From Eubacteriales bacterium (lineage in GTDB: Bacteria; Bacillota; Clostridia; Oscillospirales; SIG627), in contig JAZREJ010000014.1 in NCBI GenBank assembly GCA_045660745.1, forward strand, positions 10,342 through 74,341: a stretch of DNA of 64,000 nt. Direction: 5' to 3'. The notes below the pieces were generated by a model, which was not told where the DNA came from, did not search any database, and saw nothing but the letters and a program-made list of their open reading frames with translations. Both the position numbers and the translations under genes were made by a program. Of the stretch, positions 45,736-55,412 are shown in pieces (positions within the stretch are counted from its first letter, which is position 1; every line of letters begins with the position of its first letter).

Positions 45736-45777
45736 AATTAAAACTTGTTAAAGAAAAACTGACAGAGGTAAAATAAA

Positions 45778-48174
45778 ATGAAACACGATTTTAAGCAAAT
45801 CGAGAAAAAATGGCAAGATATATGGGAAGAAAAGAAGATATTTGAAGCCGAGGACAATTCCTCGAAGCCCAAATTCTTCGGACTTGTTGAATTCCCTTAT
45901 CCCAGCGGTGCGGGAATGCACGTCGGACACATAAAGGCTTATTCCGGACTTGAAGTTATCAGCCGTAAAAAGAGGATGCAGGGCTACAACGTCCTTTTCC
46001 CTATCGGCTTTGATGCTTTCGGTCTTCCTACCGAGAACTCGGCTATCAAGTTTAACACCCATCCCAGAATACTTACAGACCAAAACATTGAAAAGTTTAC
46101 AAACCAATTAAAGCGTGTCGGCTTCTCGTTTGACTGGACAAGAACCATCGACACTACAGACGAGGATTACTACAGATGGACTCAGCACATATTCCTCGAG
46201 CTCTTCAAAAACGGTCTTGCGTACCGTGATACAGCACTTGTAAACTACTGTCCTCACTGTAAGGTAGTTCTCTCCAACGAGGACTCTCAGGGCGGTAAGT
46301 GTGATATCTGTCACAACGATATCGTGCAGAAGTCCAAGGACGTATGGTATCTCAGAATAACCAAATACGCTGACAGGCTCCTTGAGGGGCTTGAAACTGT
46401 TGATTACCTTCCTCAGGTCAAGCAGCAGCAGGTCAACTGGATAGGTAAATCCACAGGTGCCTTCGTAAACTTCAAGGTAGGCGGCACCGATGAAAACCTC
46501 CGCATATACACTACCCGCCCCGATACGCTTTTCGGAGTTACATTCATGGTAATCGCGCCTGAGCATCCCATGCTTGAGCGTGTTCGCGAAAAGATTACAA
46601 ACTTTGATGCTATCGAAGCCTACCGTGAGGAATGTGCAAAGAAAACCGAATTCCAGCGCACACAGCTCAACAAGGACAAGACAGGCGTTAAGATAGAGGG
46701 CATCTGCGGTATCAATCCTCTTAACGGAAAAGAAATCCCCATCTACATTGCCGACTACGTAATGATGGGCTACGGAACAGGTGCTATCATGGCAGTACCC
46801 GCACACGATGAGCGTGACTGGGAATTTGCAAAGAAGTTCGGAATTGATATAATTGAGGTAATCAAAGGAGGAGACATCTCTGTCGAGGCTTATGCTGGCG
46901 ACGGCGAGATGGTAAACTCCGAATTTCTCAACGGATACACCAACAAGAAGGACTCTATCAAGCGCATGATTGAGCACCTTGAAGAAAAGGGCATCGGTGA
47001 AGAAGGCGTTCAGTACAAGATGAAGGACTGGGCATTCAACCGTCAGAGATACTGGGGTGAGCCCATTCCGATCGTACACTGTCCCAAGTGCGGAATGGTC
47101 CCTGTACCCGAGGAGGAGCTTCCCTTAAGGCTCCCCGAGGTCAAGAACTTTGAACCCGGTGAGGGCGGTGAGTCTCCCCTTGCAAAGATTCCCGAATTTG
47201 TCAACTGTAAATGTCCCGTCTGTGGCGAGGATGCAAAGCGTGAGACAGACACCATGCCTCAGTGGGCAGGCTCGTCCTGGTACTTCCTCCGCTACATCGA
47301 CCCGAAGAACGATAAGTGTCTTGCAGATCCGGAAAAGCTCAAATACTGGATGCCTGTTGACTGGTACAACGGCGGTATGGAGCACGTAACAAGACATATG
47401 ATATACTCCCGTTTCTGGCACAAATTCCTTTACGATATGGGAGAAGTCAACACAGAAGAGCCTTACGCAAAGAGAACGGCTCAGGGTCTTATTCTCGGTC
47501 CGGACGGTGAGAAAATGTCCAAATCACGAGGAAACGTAATCGATCCGAATGAGGTTGTAGACCAGTACGGAGCAGACGTTCTGCGTACCTATATACTCTT
47601 TATGGGCGACTACGGCGCGGCGGCTCCCTGGTCGGAAAACAGCATCAAGGGATGCAAACGTTTCCTTGACAGGTTCTGCGGACTTGTTGAAATGGCCAAG
47701 GGCAACGGAGCAACCCCAGAGCTTGAGAGTGCATTCCATAAGACCGTAAAGAAGGTCAACCTTGATATCGACGATATGAAGTTCAACACCGCTATCGCCG
47801 CAATGATGACCCTCATCAATGACATATATGACCATGGCTCTCTCACACATGACGAGCTTCTCACATTTGCCGGTATTCTCTGTCCCTTCGCTCCTCACGT
47901 CGCTGAAGAGGTCTGGGAGATAATGGGCGGCAAGGGACTCTGCTCTGCATCTGCATTCCCCACATGGGACGAGGCAAAGTGTGAAGACAAGACCGTCGAG
48001 ATTGTAGTTCAACTCATGGGCAAGGTAAGAGCAAAGCTCAACGTTCCCACCGATATCTCCAAGGAGGAGGCAATCGCACAAGCAAAGGCTGCTGTTGCAT
48101 CGATGATTGAGGGACACACCGTAGTAAAAGAAATTTACGTTCCGGGAAAACTTGTAAATCTCGTTATTAAATAA
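45778..48174 (+). CDS. leuS: leucine--tRNA ligase
   Basis: Class I motifs are present: HVGH (PYPSGAGMHVGHIKAY) and KMSKS (GEKMSKSRGN). About 800 aa. Confidence 0.95.
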   Translation: MKHDFKQIEKKWQDIWEEKKIFEAEDNSSKPKFFGLVEFPYPSGAGMHVGHIKAYSGLEVISRKKRMQGYNVLFPIGFDAFGLPTENSAIKFNTHPRILTDQNIEKFTNQLKRVGFSFDWTRTIDTTDEDYYRWTQHIFLELFKNGLAYRDTALVNYCPHCKVVLSNEDSQGGKCDICHNDIVQKSKDVWYLRITKYADRLLEGLETVDYLPQVKQQQVNWIGKSTGAFVNFKVGGTDENLRIYTTRPDTLFGVTFMVIAPEHPMLERVREKITNFDAIEAYREECAKKTEFQRTQLNKDKTGVKIEGICGINPLNGKEIPIYIADYVMMGYGTGAIMAVPAHDERDWEFAKKFGIDIIEVIKGGDISVEAYAGDGEMVNSEFLNGYTNKKDSIKRMIEHLEEKGIGEEGVQYKMKDWAFNRQRYWGEPIPIVHCPKCGMVPVPEEELPLRLPEVKNFEPGEGGESPLAKIPEFVNCKCPVCGEDAKRETDTMPQWAGSSWYFLRYIDPKNDKCLADPEKLKYWMPVDWYNGGMEHVTRHMIYSRFWHKFLYDMGEVNTEEPYAKRTAQGLILGPDGEKMSKSRGNVIDPNEVVDQYGADVLRTYILFMGDYGAAAPWSENSIKGCKRFLDRFCGLVEMAKGNGATPELESAFHKTVKKVNLDIDDMKFNTAIAAMMTLINDIYDHGSLTHDELLTFAGILCPFAPHVAEEVWEIMGGKGLCSASAFPTWDEAKCEDKTVEIVVQLMGKVRAKLNVPTDISKEEAIAQAKAAVASMIEGHTVVKEIYVPGKLVNLVIK

Positions 48175-48182
48175 GTATAAAC

Positions 48183-48213
48183 AGAGAGGTGTTTTAAAAA
48201 AGCACCTCCTCTT
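48183..48213 (+). terminator. weak terminator-like hairpin after leuS
   Basis: GAGGTG/CACCTC stem with an 11-nt A/T loop, followed by CTCTTTACC (poor U-tract). Confidence 0.3.
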
Positions 48214-48321
48214 TACCCCCATCCAAAGACTTAGTAATGAGGCAAAAAGAAGTTCATTTTGTATATGTATAAATAAATTTCAATTATTTTTGAAAAAGTT
48301 TTAAAAATTACAAAAAACATC

Positions 48322-48350
48322 TTGACACTTTTCCCATTATATAGTATAAT
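48322..48350 (+). promoter_or_regulatory. consensus sigma-A promoter of rpsU
   Basis: TTGACA (48322-48327), 17-nt spacer, TATAAT (48345-48350), with an A/T-rich UP-like region upstream. Confidence 0.75.
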
Positions 48351-48416
48351 TTCGGATGAATACTAAATTCGTTATGAGAATAATTTCTCTTTGAATGGCA
48401 AAGGGAGGGATATAAA

Positions 48417-48593
48417 GTGGCAGAAGTAAAAGTAAAAGAAAACGAATCTCTTGACAGTGCTATCCGCAGATTCAAAAGACAGTGCGCAAGAAGTGGAGTT
48501 TTATCTGAACTTCGTAAGCGTGAGTGCTATGAAAAGCCCAGCGTAAAGCGTAAGAAGAAATCCGAAGCTGCACGCAAGCGCAAGTACAAATAA
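48417..48593 (+). CDS. rpsU: 30S ribosomal protein S21
   Basis: Below the track size cutoff. GTG start 8 nt after AGGGAGGGA. Translation (M)[57 protein letters not shown] (58 aa). Confidence 0.9.
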   Translation: MAEVKVKENESLDSAIRRFKRQCARSGVLSELRKRECYEKPSVKRKKKSEAARKRKYK

Positions 48594-48606
48594 GCAAATC
48601 GGTTTT

Positions 48607-48640
48607 GCCAACCCTGTCTTTTACAGGGTTGGCTTTACTA
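48607..48640 (+). terminator. intrinsic terminator of rpsU
   Basis: Stem GCCAACCCTGT/ACAGGGTTGGC followed by TTTACT. Confidence 0.7.
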
Positions 48641-48730
48641 ATTAAATTGGGAACACCGTAAATTTTTCTCTATATAATATAAGGAAGAGTTCCCAAACAA
48701 ACACTATTATAATTTGGAGGTATTTGCATT

Positions 48731-49807
48731 ATGGCAAAGCTTAGAGTCGGTGTCGTTGGCGGCACAGGTATGGTAGGTCAGAGATTTATCACACTTCTTG
48801 AAAACCACCCTTATTTTGATTTAACTTGTATTGCCGCAAGTGCGTCTTCCGCAGGCAAGACCTATGAGGAGGCAGTTGCAGGCAGATGGAATATGAAGAC
48901 TCCTATCCCTGAAATGGCAAAGAAGCTCATTGTTAAGGACGCTTCCGACATTGAGGCTGTTAAGGCAGATGTTGACTTCATTCTTTGTGCGGTAAACATG
49001 AAGAAGGAAGAAATCATGGCGCTTGAAGAGGCTTATGCAAAGGCTGAGATTCCCGTTGTATCAAACAACTCCGCTCACCGCAAGACTCCCGATGTTCCCA
49101 TGGTAATCCCCGAAATCAATAACGATCACATTGAGGTCATCAAATATCAGAAGAAGAGACTTGGAACCGAAAAGGGCTTCATTGCTGTTAAGCCAAACTG
49201 CTCCATCCAGAGCTATGTTCCCTTTATTACTCCTCTTTTGAAGTTTAAGCCCACAAACGTTGTTGTTTCCACCTATCAGGCAATTTCAGGTGCAGGTAAG
49301 ACATTCGAGTCTTGGCCCGAAATGATAGACAACGTTATCCCCTACATTGGCGGCGAAGAAGAGAAGAGTGAAAAGGAACCCATGAAGGTTTGGGGGCACA
49401 TCGAAAACGGTGTTATCGTTGACAAGACCGATATGAAAATCACCTCTCAGTGTATCCGTGTTCCAGTAACCGACGGACACCTTGCAACCGTATTTATCTC
49501 CTTTGAAAACAAACCCTCTAAGGAGGAAATCCTTGAGGCTTGGAATAACTACTCAGGCAGACCTCAGGAGCTTGAGCTTCATACAGCTCCCAAGAAATTC
49601 CTCACCTACTTTGAAGAGGACAACCGTCCCCAGACAGGCGTTGACCGCGACCTTGAGGGCGGCATGGGTGTCAGTGCCGGCAGACTTCGTGAGGACAGCC
49701 TCTTCGACTATAAGTTCGTGGGACTTTCTCACAACACCTTAAGAGGTGCCGCAGGCGGTTCTCTCCTCCTTGCAGAGCTTCTCTATAAGGAAGGTTATCT
49801 CTATTAA
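48731..49807 (+). CDS. asd: aspartate-semialdehyde dehydrogenase
   Basis: RVGVVGGTGMVGQRF, active-site region KPNCSIQSY and a C-terminal SHNTLRGAAGG. Confidence 0.92.
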   Translation: MAKLRVGVVGGTGMVGQRFITLLENHPYFDLTCIAASASSAGKTYEEAVAGRWNMKTPIPEMAKKLIVKDASDIEAVKADVDFILCAVNMKKEEIMALEEAYAKAEIPVVSNNSAHRKTPDVPMVIPEINNDHIEVIKYQKKRLGTEKGFIAVKPNCSIQSYVPFITPLLKFKPTNVVVSTYQAISGAGKTFESWPEMIDNVIPYIGGEEEKSEKEPMKVWGHIENGVIVDKTDMKITSQCIRVPVTDGHLATVFISFENKPSKEEILEAWNNYSGRPQELELHTAPKKFLTYFEEDNRPQTGVDRDLEGGMGVSAGRLREDSLFDYKFVGLSHNTLRGAAGGSLLLAELLYKEGYLY

Positions 49808-49813
49808 AATACA

Positions 49814-49847
49814 GCAGATGCTCCCAGAGGGGAGCATCTGCTTTTTT
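49814..49847. terminator. bidirectional intrinsic terminator between convergent asd and SBP gene 1
   Basis: 12-bp stem GCAGATGCTCCC/GGGAGCATCTGC with loop AGAG. TTTTTT follows on the plus strand and GTATTTT on the minus strand. Confidence 0.85.
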
Positions 49848-49850
49848 AAA

Positions 49851-51323
49851 TTATATCTTGTCAAGCGCTTTAACAACGCTCTTATACTGATAACGTGCGC
49901 TTGTGAAACGTGTTTTATAATACGACTCAAAATTAGAGTTTCCGTTACCCATCATGCTCTGAAGCATGAAGGAGAAGCCCTGCCAACCGTCATAGATATA
50001 GCCAAAGTCAAAGGTTCTGCCTTCGATGATGATATCCATGATCTCCTTGGACTCGTTATCTCTGAGATACCTCGTCTTAAGAGCAATCTCATAAAGAGTG
50101 GGAGTTAAGGTCTTCCAGCTTTCGGCAGAAAGAGCCTCGGTAATAATGCCTACGTACTCAGTATCCTTTGCAGTCTTAGGTACTGCGAGAATGGAGTGAT
50201 ATCCGTCTGCCATGGTTAGATAATTCTGCTGATTCTCGTCATACTTGGGATAAGGGATGATTCCGACGTCATCCTCGAAATCGCGGAATTTCTGACTGGT
50301 AGGTCCGCCAAGTGAGGTTGTTGTGAAAATAGCCTTCTTTGCATAGAACATATCACCCGAAACTGCTTTTTCATTAATTCGGCTTCCGTCAAAATAAACG
50401 CCGTCAGTATTGTAGAACAACTCGTAAATATCGGTTACAATATTGTTTATCTTATCGGTCTTGATAGCTATTTGAGGAACACCGTCCGCATCCTTAGCGC
50501 AAACCGGATTATCAAATGCCCAAAGATATGTATTTACACAAGATCCGTTTGCATGAGACATTCCGTAAAAGTCATTCTCGTCACGCTCGTCATTACCGTC
50601 ATCAACGTAAACGTCCTTAACCATCTCACGCATCTTGTCAAAGGTCCACTTACCGTCAAGAACAAGTCCGTAGACATCACCAAGCTCATAGGATGCCGCA
50701 AGATTCTTGTTGAACATCATACAATAAGTCTGAGCAATAGACGTGTAATTCAGATCAGATACCGCAATAGGGCACTTACCGTTATAGGTGAGATCAGTCT
50801 TGTTGGATGCTGCCCACCAGGGCTTATCAAAGTTTATATGCTCAATGTCGTACCAGTTAAGGAATAGTTTCTTCGTTACAAGCTTACCTGTATCGACTGC
50901 CATACCCATGAGAAGATCAAACTCGTCGCTTCCTGCAAGAACGGTCTTTGATACGTAATCGGAAACCTCTGTGTATGTACCGGTATAAACAACACCTATA
51001 TTTATGTTGAAACGATTTTCAACAGCCTGATTCCTTGTGTACTTTGCGTCCTTGATAAGGTCGCCCTGGTTACGGTCCTCTTCCTTGATGAATATCTCGC
51101 TTTCAATGTGAGTTACTACGCGAAAATCACGTCCGCCGTAATCCACCGTAGGTAGATCATCAGAGACAAGGCTTCTTTCATAAAAAATAGAATCCTCTTC
51201 GTAGGTCTTGATCTCGCCACCGCCGGATTTACCGCCGTTCTTATCATCGGAACAAGCCAAAAGAAGCGCTGTGGCACTAAATATCATCATAATTGCAAGT
51301 GCTAAAGACAATGCTTTTTTCAT
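49851..51323 (-). CDS. extracellular solute-binding lipoprotein (ABC-type SBP-like), paralog 1
   Basis: Lipoprotein signal MKKALSLALAIMMIFSATALLLAC. About 490 aa. Resembles large family-1 sugar SBPs (recalled homology only). Confidence 0.6.
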   Translation of the reverse strand: MKKALSLALAIMMIFSATALLLACSDDKNGGKSGGGEIKTYEEDSIFYERSLVSDDLPTVDYGGRDFRVVTHIESEIFIKEEDRNQGDLIKDAKYTRNQAVENRFNINIGVVYTGTYTEVSDYVSKTVLAGSDEFDLLMGMAVDTGKLVTKKLFLNWYDIEHINFDKPWWAASNKTDLTYNGKCPIAVSDLNYTSIAQTYCMMFNKNLAASYELGDVYGLVLDGKWTFDKMREMVKDVYVDDGNDERDENDFYGMSHANGSCVNTYLWAFDNPVCAKDADGVPQIAIKTDKINNIVTDIYELFYNTDGVYFDGSRINEKAVSGDMFYAKKAIFTTTSLGGPTSQKFRDFEDDVGIIPYPKYDENQQNYLTMADGYHSILAVPKTAKDTEYVGIITEALSAESWKTLTPTLYEIALKTRYLRDNESKEIMDIIIEGRTFDFGYIYDGWQGFSFMLQSMMGNGNSNFESYYKTRFTSARYQYKSVVKALDKI

Positions 51324-51356
51324 AAGTATTTCATCCTTTCTTAATAATATATGTTA

Positions 51357-51385
51357 ATTATAACACCATATCTGAAATATTTCAA
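51357..51385 (-). promoter_or_regulatory. sigma-A-type promoter of SBP paralog 1
   Basis: Reverse strand: TTGAAA (51385-51380), 17-nt spacer, TATAAT (51362-51357). Confidence 0.6.
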
Positions 51386-51407
51386 CACTTTTTTATACAC
51401 TATTGCC

Positions 51408-51442
51408 AAAAAAAATTCCTACGGCTCATCTGCCGTAGGAAT
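51408..51442 (-). terminator. intrinsic terminator of SBP paralog 2
   Basis: Stem ATTCCTACGG/CCGTAGGAAT. The minus-strand T-run corresponds to plus-strand A8 at 51408-51415. Confidence 0.8.
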
Positions 51443-51464
51443 TTCTTAAAATAAAGTAAAACTA

Positions 51465-52934
51465 TTACATCTTATCAAATGCCTTTATAATACTCTTATA
51501 TCTGTAGCGGGCGTTCGGAAGACGCGTCTTGTAGAATGACTCAAAGTTCGTATCCCCTTTGCCCATCATAGTCTCCAGCATAAATCCAAAGCCCTGCCAT
51601 CCGTCATAGATATAGCCAAAGTCGAAGGTTCTGCCCGCGATAATGATATCCATGATTTCCTTGGACTCGTTGTCTCTGAGATATCTCGTCTTAAGAGCAA
51701 TTTCGTAAAGAGTGGGAGTAAGGGTCTTCCAGCTTTCAGCAGAAAGTGCTTCTGTGATGATTCCTACGTACTCCGTATCAACACAGGTCTTGGGCACTGC
51801 AAGTACAGTGTGAAAGCCGTCTGCCATGGTGAGATAATCCTGCTGATTTTCATCATACTTGGGATAAGGAATAATTCCAATATCATCTTCAAAATTACGA
51901 AAATCTTCTGTCGTGGGTACGCCAAGTGAAGTAACTGTGAATATTGCCTTTTTGGAATAAAACATCTCTCCGGAAACAGCTTTTTCATTTATTTTGCTTC
52001 CGTCAAAATAAACACCGTCTGTGTTGTAGAACATTTCATAAAGATCTGTCACAATGTTATTTATCTTATCGGTTTTAACGGCTATCTGAGGAACGCCGTC
52101 TGCATCCTTCACGCATATCGGATTGTCAAAAGCCCAAAGGTAAGCGCTTACGCAAGAACCGTTGGGATGGGAAAGACCGTAGAAGTCAGTCTCGTCCTTG
52201 GTATCGTTTCCATCATCGGTGTAAACATCCTTAATGATTTCGCGGAACTTATCAAAAGTCCACTTCCCGTCAAGAACAAGTCCGTAAATATCACCAAGCT
52301 CGTAGGATGCCGCGAGATTCTTATTGAACATCATACAGTAGGTACTGGTTATTGCAGTATGGTTAAGATCGGATACTGCAAGAAAATTTTTACCATTGTA
52401 AGTAAGGTCGGTCTTATTTGACTCTGCCCACCATGGCTTATCAAAGTTTATATGCTCTATGTCATACCAATTAAGAAACACCTTTTGGAGCACAAGAGAG
52501 CCTGTATCAACAGCCATACCCATAAGAAGATCGAATTCATCATTACCCGCCAGAACCGTCTTCTGAACGTAGCTTGAAACCTCAGGATATGTAGCGTTAT
52601 AAACAACGGTTATATCTACGTTGAATCTATTTTCAACCGCCAAATTTCTTGCATATATCGCGTCCTTGATAAGGTCCCCACGGTTGCGCTCCTCTTCCTC
52701 AACGAAGATATCCTTTATATTATGAGTTACTACCCTGAACTCACGTCCGCCGTAATCCACTGTAGGTAAATCATCAGAGACAAGGCTTCTTTCATAAAAA
52801 ATAGAATCCTCTTCGTAGGTCTTGATCTCGCCGCCGGATTTACCGCCGTTCTTATCATCGGAACAAGCCAAAAGAAGCGCTGCGGCACTAAATATCATCA
52901 TAATGGCAAGTGCTAAAGACAATGCTTTTTTCAT
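51465..52934 (-). CDS. extracellular solute-binding lipoprotein, paralog 2
   Basis: Same architecture as paralog 1. The first about 65 residues are nearly identical to paralog 1. Confidence 0.6.
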   Translation of the reverse strand: MKKALSLALAIMMIFSAAALLLACSDDKNGGKSGGEIKTYEEDSIFYERSLVSDDLPTVDYGGREFRVVTHNIKDIFVEEEERNRGDLIKDAIYARNLAVENRFNVDITVVYNATYPEVSSYVQKTVLAGNDEFDLLMGMAVDTGSLVLQKVFLNWYDIEHINFDKPWWAESNKTDLTYNGKNFLAVSDLNHTAITSTYCMMFNKNLAASYELGDIYGLVLDGKWTFDKFREIIKDVYTDDGNDTKDETDFYGLSHPNGSCVSAYLWAFDNPICVKDADGVPQIAVKTDKINNIVTDLYEMFYNTDGVYFDGSKINEKAVSGEMFYSKKAIFTVTSLGVPTTEDFRNFEDDIGIIPYPKYDENQQDYLTMADGFHTVLAVPKTCVDTEYVGIITEALSAESWKTLTPTLYEIALKTRYLRDNESKEIMDIIIAGRTFDFGYIYDGWQGFGFMLETMMGKGDTNFESFYKTRLPNARYRYKSIIKAFDKM

Positions 52935-52966
52935 AAAAATTCTATTCCTTTCATAAATGTATAATC

Positions 52967-52995
52967 ATTGTAACATGTTTACTTGAATATTTCAA
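52967..52995 (-). promoter_or_regulatory. sigma-A-type promoter of SBP paralog 2
   Basis: Reverse strand: TTGAAA (52995-52990), 17-nt spacer, TACAAT (52972-52967). Confidence 0.6.
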
Positions 52996-53013
52996 CACTT
53001 TTTTCACACACAT

Positions 53014-53044
53014 AAAAAATCCTACGGCAAATTGTCGTAGGATT
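53014..53044 (-). terminator. intrinsic terminator of SBP paralog 3
   Basis: Stem AATCCTACG/CGTAGGATT. The minus-strand T-run corresponds to the plus-strand AAAAAA run. Confidence 0.75.
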
Positions 53045-53069
53045 TTCTTAAAATAAAGTGAAACTATTA

Positions 53070-54542
53070 TTATATTTTATCGAATGCCTTTACAACGCTC
53101 TTGTATCTGTAGCGTGCACCTGTTAAACGTGTCTTGTAGAAGGATTCGAAGTTAGAGTTTCCTTGCCCCATCATAGACTGAAGCATGAAGGAGAAGCCCT
53201 GCCATCCGTCATAGATATAGCCGAAGTCGAAGGTACGTCCCGCAATAATAATATCTAAGATCTCCTTGGACTCGTTGTCTCTGAGATATCTCGTCTTAAG
53301 AGCGATCTCATAAAGAGTGGGAGTAAGAGTCTTCCAGCTTTCAGCAGAGAGTGCTTCGGTGATAATACCTACAAACTCCGTATCAGGACAAGTCTTGGGT
53401 ACTGCAAGAATGGTGTGATAACCATCTGCCATGGTGAGATAATCCTTCTGATTCTCATCATACTTGGGATAAGGAATGATTCCGACGTCATCCTCAAAGT
53501 CACGGAATTTTTCATCTAAGGGAGTACCGAGAGAACATGTTGTAAAGATAGCCTTCTTAGCATAGAACATATCGCGGGAGTTTGACTTCTCGTTGGACTT
53601 GCTTCCGTCAAAGTATACACCGTCGGTATTGTAAAACATTTCATAAATGTCTGTTACAATGCTATCTATCTTATCCGTCTTGATGGCAATCTGGGGAACA
53701 CCCTCTTCATCCTTAACGCAAACAGGGTTGTCAAATGCCCAAAGGTAGGTATTTACACAAGAGCCATTTGCATGAGAGAGTCCGTAAAAGTCATTCTCGT
53801 CACGCTCGTCGTTACCGTCATCGGTGTAAACGTCCTTAACTATCTCGCGGAACTTATCAAAGGTCCACTTACCATCAAGAACAAGTCCGTAAACATCGCC
53901 AAGCTCATATGATGCCGCAAGATTCTTATTGAACATCATACAATAAGTAGAGGTCAACGAGGAAAAGGCAAAGTCTGATACAGCAAGGAGGCACTTACCA
54001 TTGTATGTAAGGTCGGTCTTGTTAGATGCTGCCCACCAAGGCTTATCAAAGTTTATGTGCTCAATGTCATACCAGTTGAGGAATACCTTCTTGAGTACGA
54101 GAGAGCCGGTATCAACCGCCATTCCCATGAGAAGGTCAAATTCATCGCTTCCCGCAAGAACAGTCTTTGAAACATAGTCGGAAACCTCCGTATATGTACC
54201 GCTGTAAACAAGCTTTACATTTACGTTAAATCGATTTTCAACTGCCTGATTTCTCGCGTACTTTGCATCCTTGATAAGGTCGCCCTTATTTCGGTCCTCC
54301 TCCTTGATGAATGCATCGGTTTCATAATGGGTTACGATTCTAAAATCACGTCCGCCGTAATCCTTTTCTGGAAGATCGTCAGACACGAGGCTTCTCTCAT
54401 AGAAAATGGAGTCCTCCTCGTATTGCTTGATCTCACCGCTTCCGCTTGATTCTTTTTTGTCATCTCCCGAACATGAGAAAAGAAGTGTTGCCGCGCTCAG
54501 GATCATCATGAGTGCAAGTGCAAGAGATAATACTCTTTTCAT
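53070..54542 (-). CDS. extracellular solute-binding lipoprotein, paralog 3
   Basis: Lipobox LLFSC. Collinear with paralogs 1 and 2 over its full length. Confidence 0.6.
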   Translation of the reverse strand: MKRVLSLALALMMILSAATLLFSCSGDDKKESSGSGEIKQYEEDSIFYERSLVSDDLPEKDYGGRDFRIVTHYETDAFIKEEDRNKGDLIKDAKYARNQAVENRFNVNVKLVYSGTYTEVSDYVSKTVLAGSDEFDLLMGMAVDTGSLVLKKVFLNWYDIEHINFDKPWWAASNKTDLTYNGKCLLAVSDFAFSSLTSTYCMMFNKNLAASYELGDVYGLVLDGKWTFDKFREIVKDVYTDDGNDERDENDFYGLSHANGSCVNTYLWAFDNPVCVKDEEGVPQIAIKTDKIDSIVTDIYEMFYNTDGVYFDGSKSNEKSNSRDMFYAKKAIFTTCSLGTPLDEKFRDFEDDVGIIPYPKYDENQKDYLTMADGYHTILAVPKTCPDTEFVGIITEALSAESWKTLTPTLYEIALKTRYLRDNESKEILDIIIAGRTFDFGYIYDGWQGFSFMLQSMMGQGNSNFESFYKTRLTGARYRYKSVVKAFDKI

Positions 54543-54580
54543 AAAATGCTTTCCTTTCGTATATTATTGATTGTTTTTTT

Positions 54581-54609
54581 ATTATAGCATCTTTTACAGA
54601 ATAATTCAA
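54581..54609 (-). promoter_or_regulatory. sigma-A-type promoter of SBP paralog 3
   Basis: Reverse strand: TTGAAT (54609-54604), 17-nt spacer, TATAAT (54586-54581). Confidence 0.6.
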
Positions 54610-54706
54610 CACCTTTTATTCAAATATTGCTTTTTACGTCACTTAATGCTAAAATACTTGTGAATTATTGCAAAATGACGCATTTTGGACAAATAAGGAG
54701 CTAAAC

Positions 54707-55384
54707 ATGACAAGCATTCAAAAGGAACTTTTCTCGCTTAAAGATACAAAATATAAAGAGTTTCAGGCACCTCTTCTTCCAAGCGTATCAAGGGAAATGA
54801 TGATTGGTGTAAGAATGCCCGTTTTAAAAAATCTTGCAAAAAAGCACCGTGAAAATTTTACTTTTTTGAAAGAACTTCCTCACACTTATTTTGAAGAAAA
54901 CAATCTTCATGCACTCGTTATCTCACTTCTTCCTTTTGACACATGTATTTTGTTTATCGAGGGCTTTCTTCCCTATGTTAACAACTGGGCAACCTGCGAC
55001 TCCCTTCGCCCAAAATGCTTTAAAAATAACAAAGCTGCTCTCATTGAGAGAATTTATTCATGGCTTGACAGCACGCACACGTACACCGTAAGATTCGGAA
55101 TTGAAATGCTGATGGTGCATTTTCTCGGAAGTGATTTCAGGGCGGAATATGCCGAGAAGGTCGCATCTATCCAAAGTAACGAATACTACGTCAATATGAT
55201 GATCGCCTGGTATTTCGCGACAGCTCTTGCAAAAAATCCGAATGAAATAATGCCGTATTTTGAAAACGGGAAAATACCGAAAAATGCTTTCGACAAGGCT
55301 GTGCAGAAGTCCCGTGAGAGCTTCCGCATCACAAAAGAGCAAAAAGATCGCCTTGCCGATCTGAAAAAACGATCGGATATCTGA
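54707..55384 (+). CDS. DNA alkylation repair protein (AlkD-like HEAT-repeat family)
   Basis: Trimmed to MTSIQKELFSLKDTKYKEFQAPLLPSV (AAGGAG upstream). ...VNNWATCDSL... and about 225 aa are typical of this family. Confidence 0.7.
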   Translation: MTSIQKELFSLKDTKYKEFQAPLLPSVSREMMIGVRMPVLKNLAKKHRENFTFLKELPHTYFEENNLHALVISLLPFDTCILFIEGFLPYVNNWATCDSLRPKCFKNNKAALIERIYSWLDSTHTYTVRFGIEMLMVHFLGSDFRAEYAEKVASIQSNEYYVNMMIAWYFATALAKNPNEIMPYFENGKIPKNAFDKAVQKSRESFRITKEQKDRLADLKKRSDI

Positions 55385-55412
55385 CCCCGAAGCTTTCCAT
55401 ACCTTGGGGGGG

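Noticed and set aside
46108-48222. 323-aa and 232-aa minus-strand ORFs inside leuS
   Set aside because: Antisense to leuS, which has HIGH/KMSKS motifs and full length. These are shadow ORFs.
54658-54675. Rex-operator-like sequence TTGTGAATTATTGCAAAA upstream of the AlkD-like gene
   Set aside because: Only one half-site matches TTGTGAA-N4-TTCACAA and the other has two mismatches. There is no functional rationale, so it is probably chance in AT-rich DNA.
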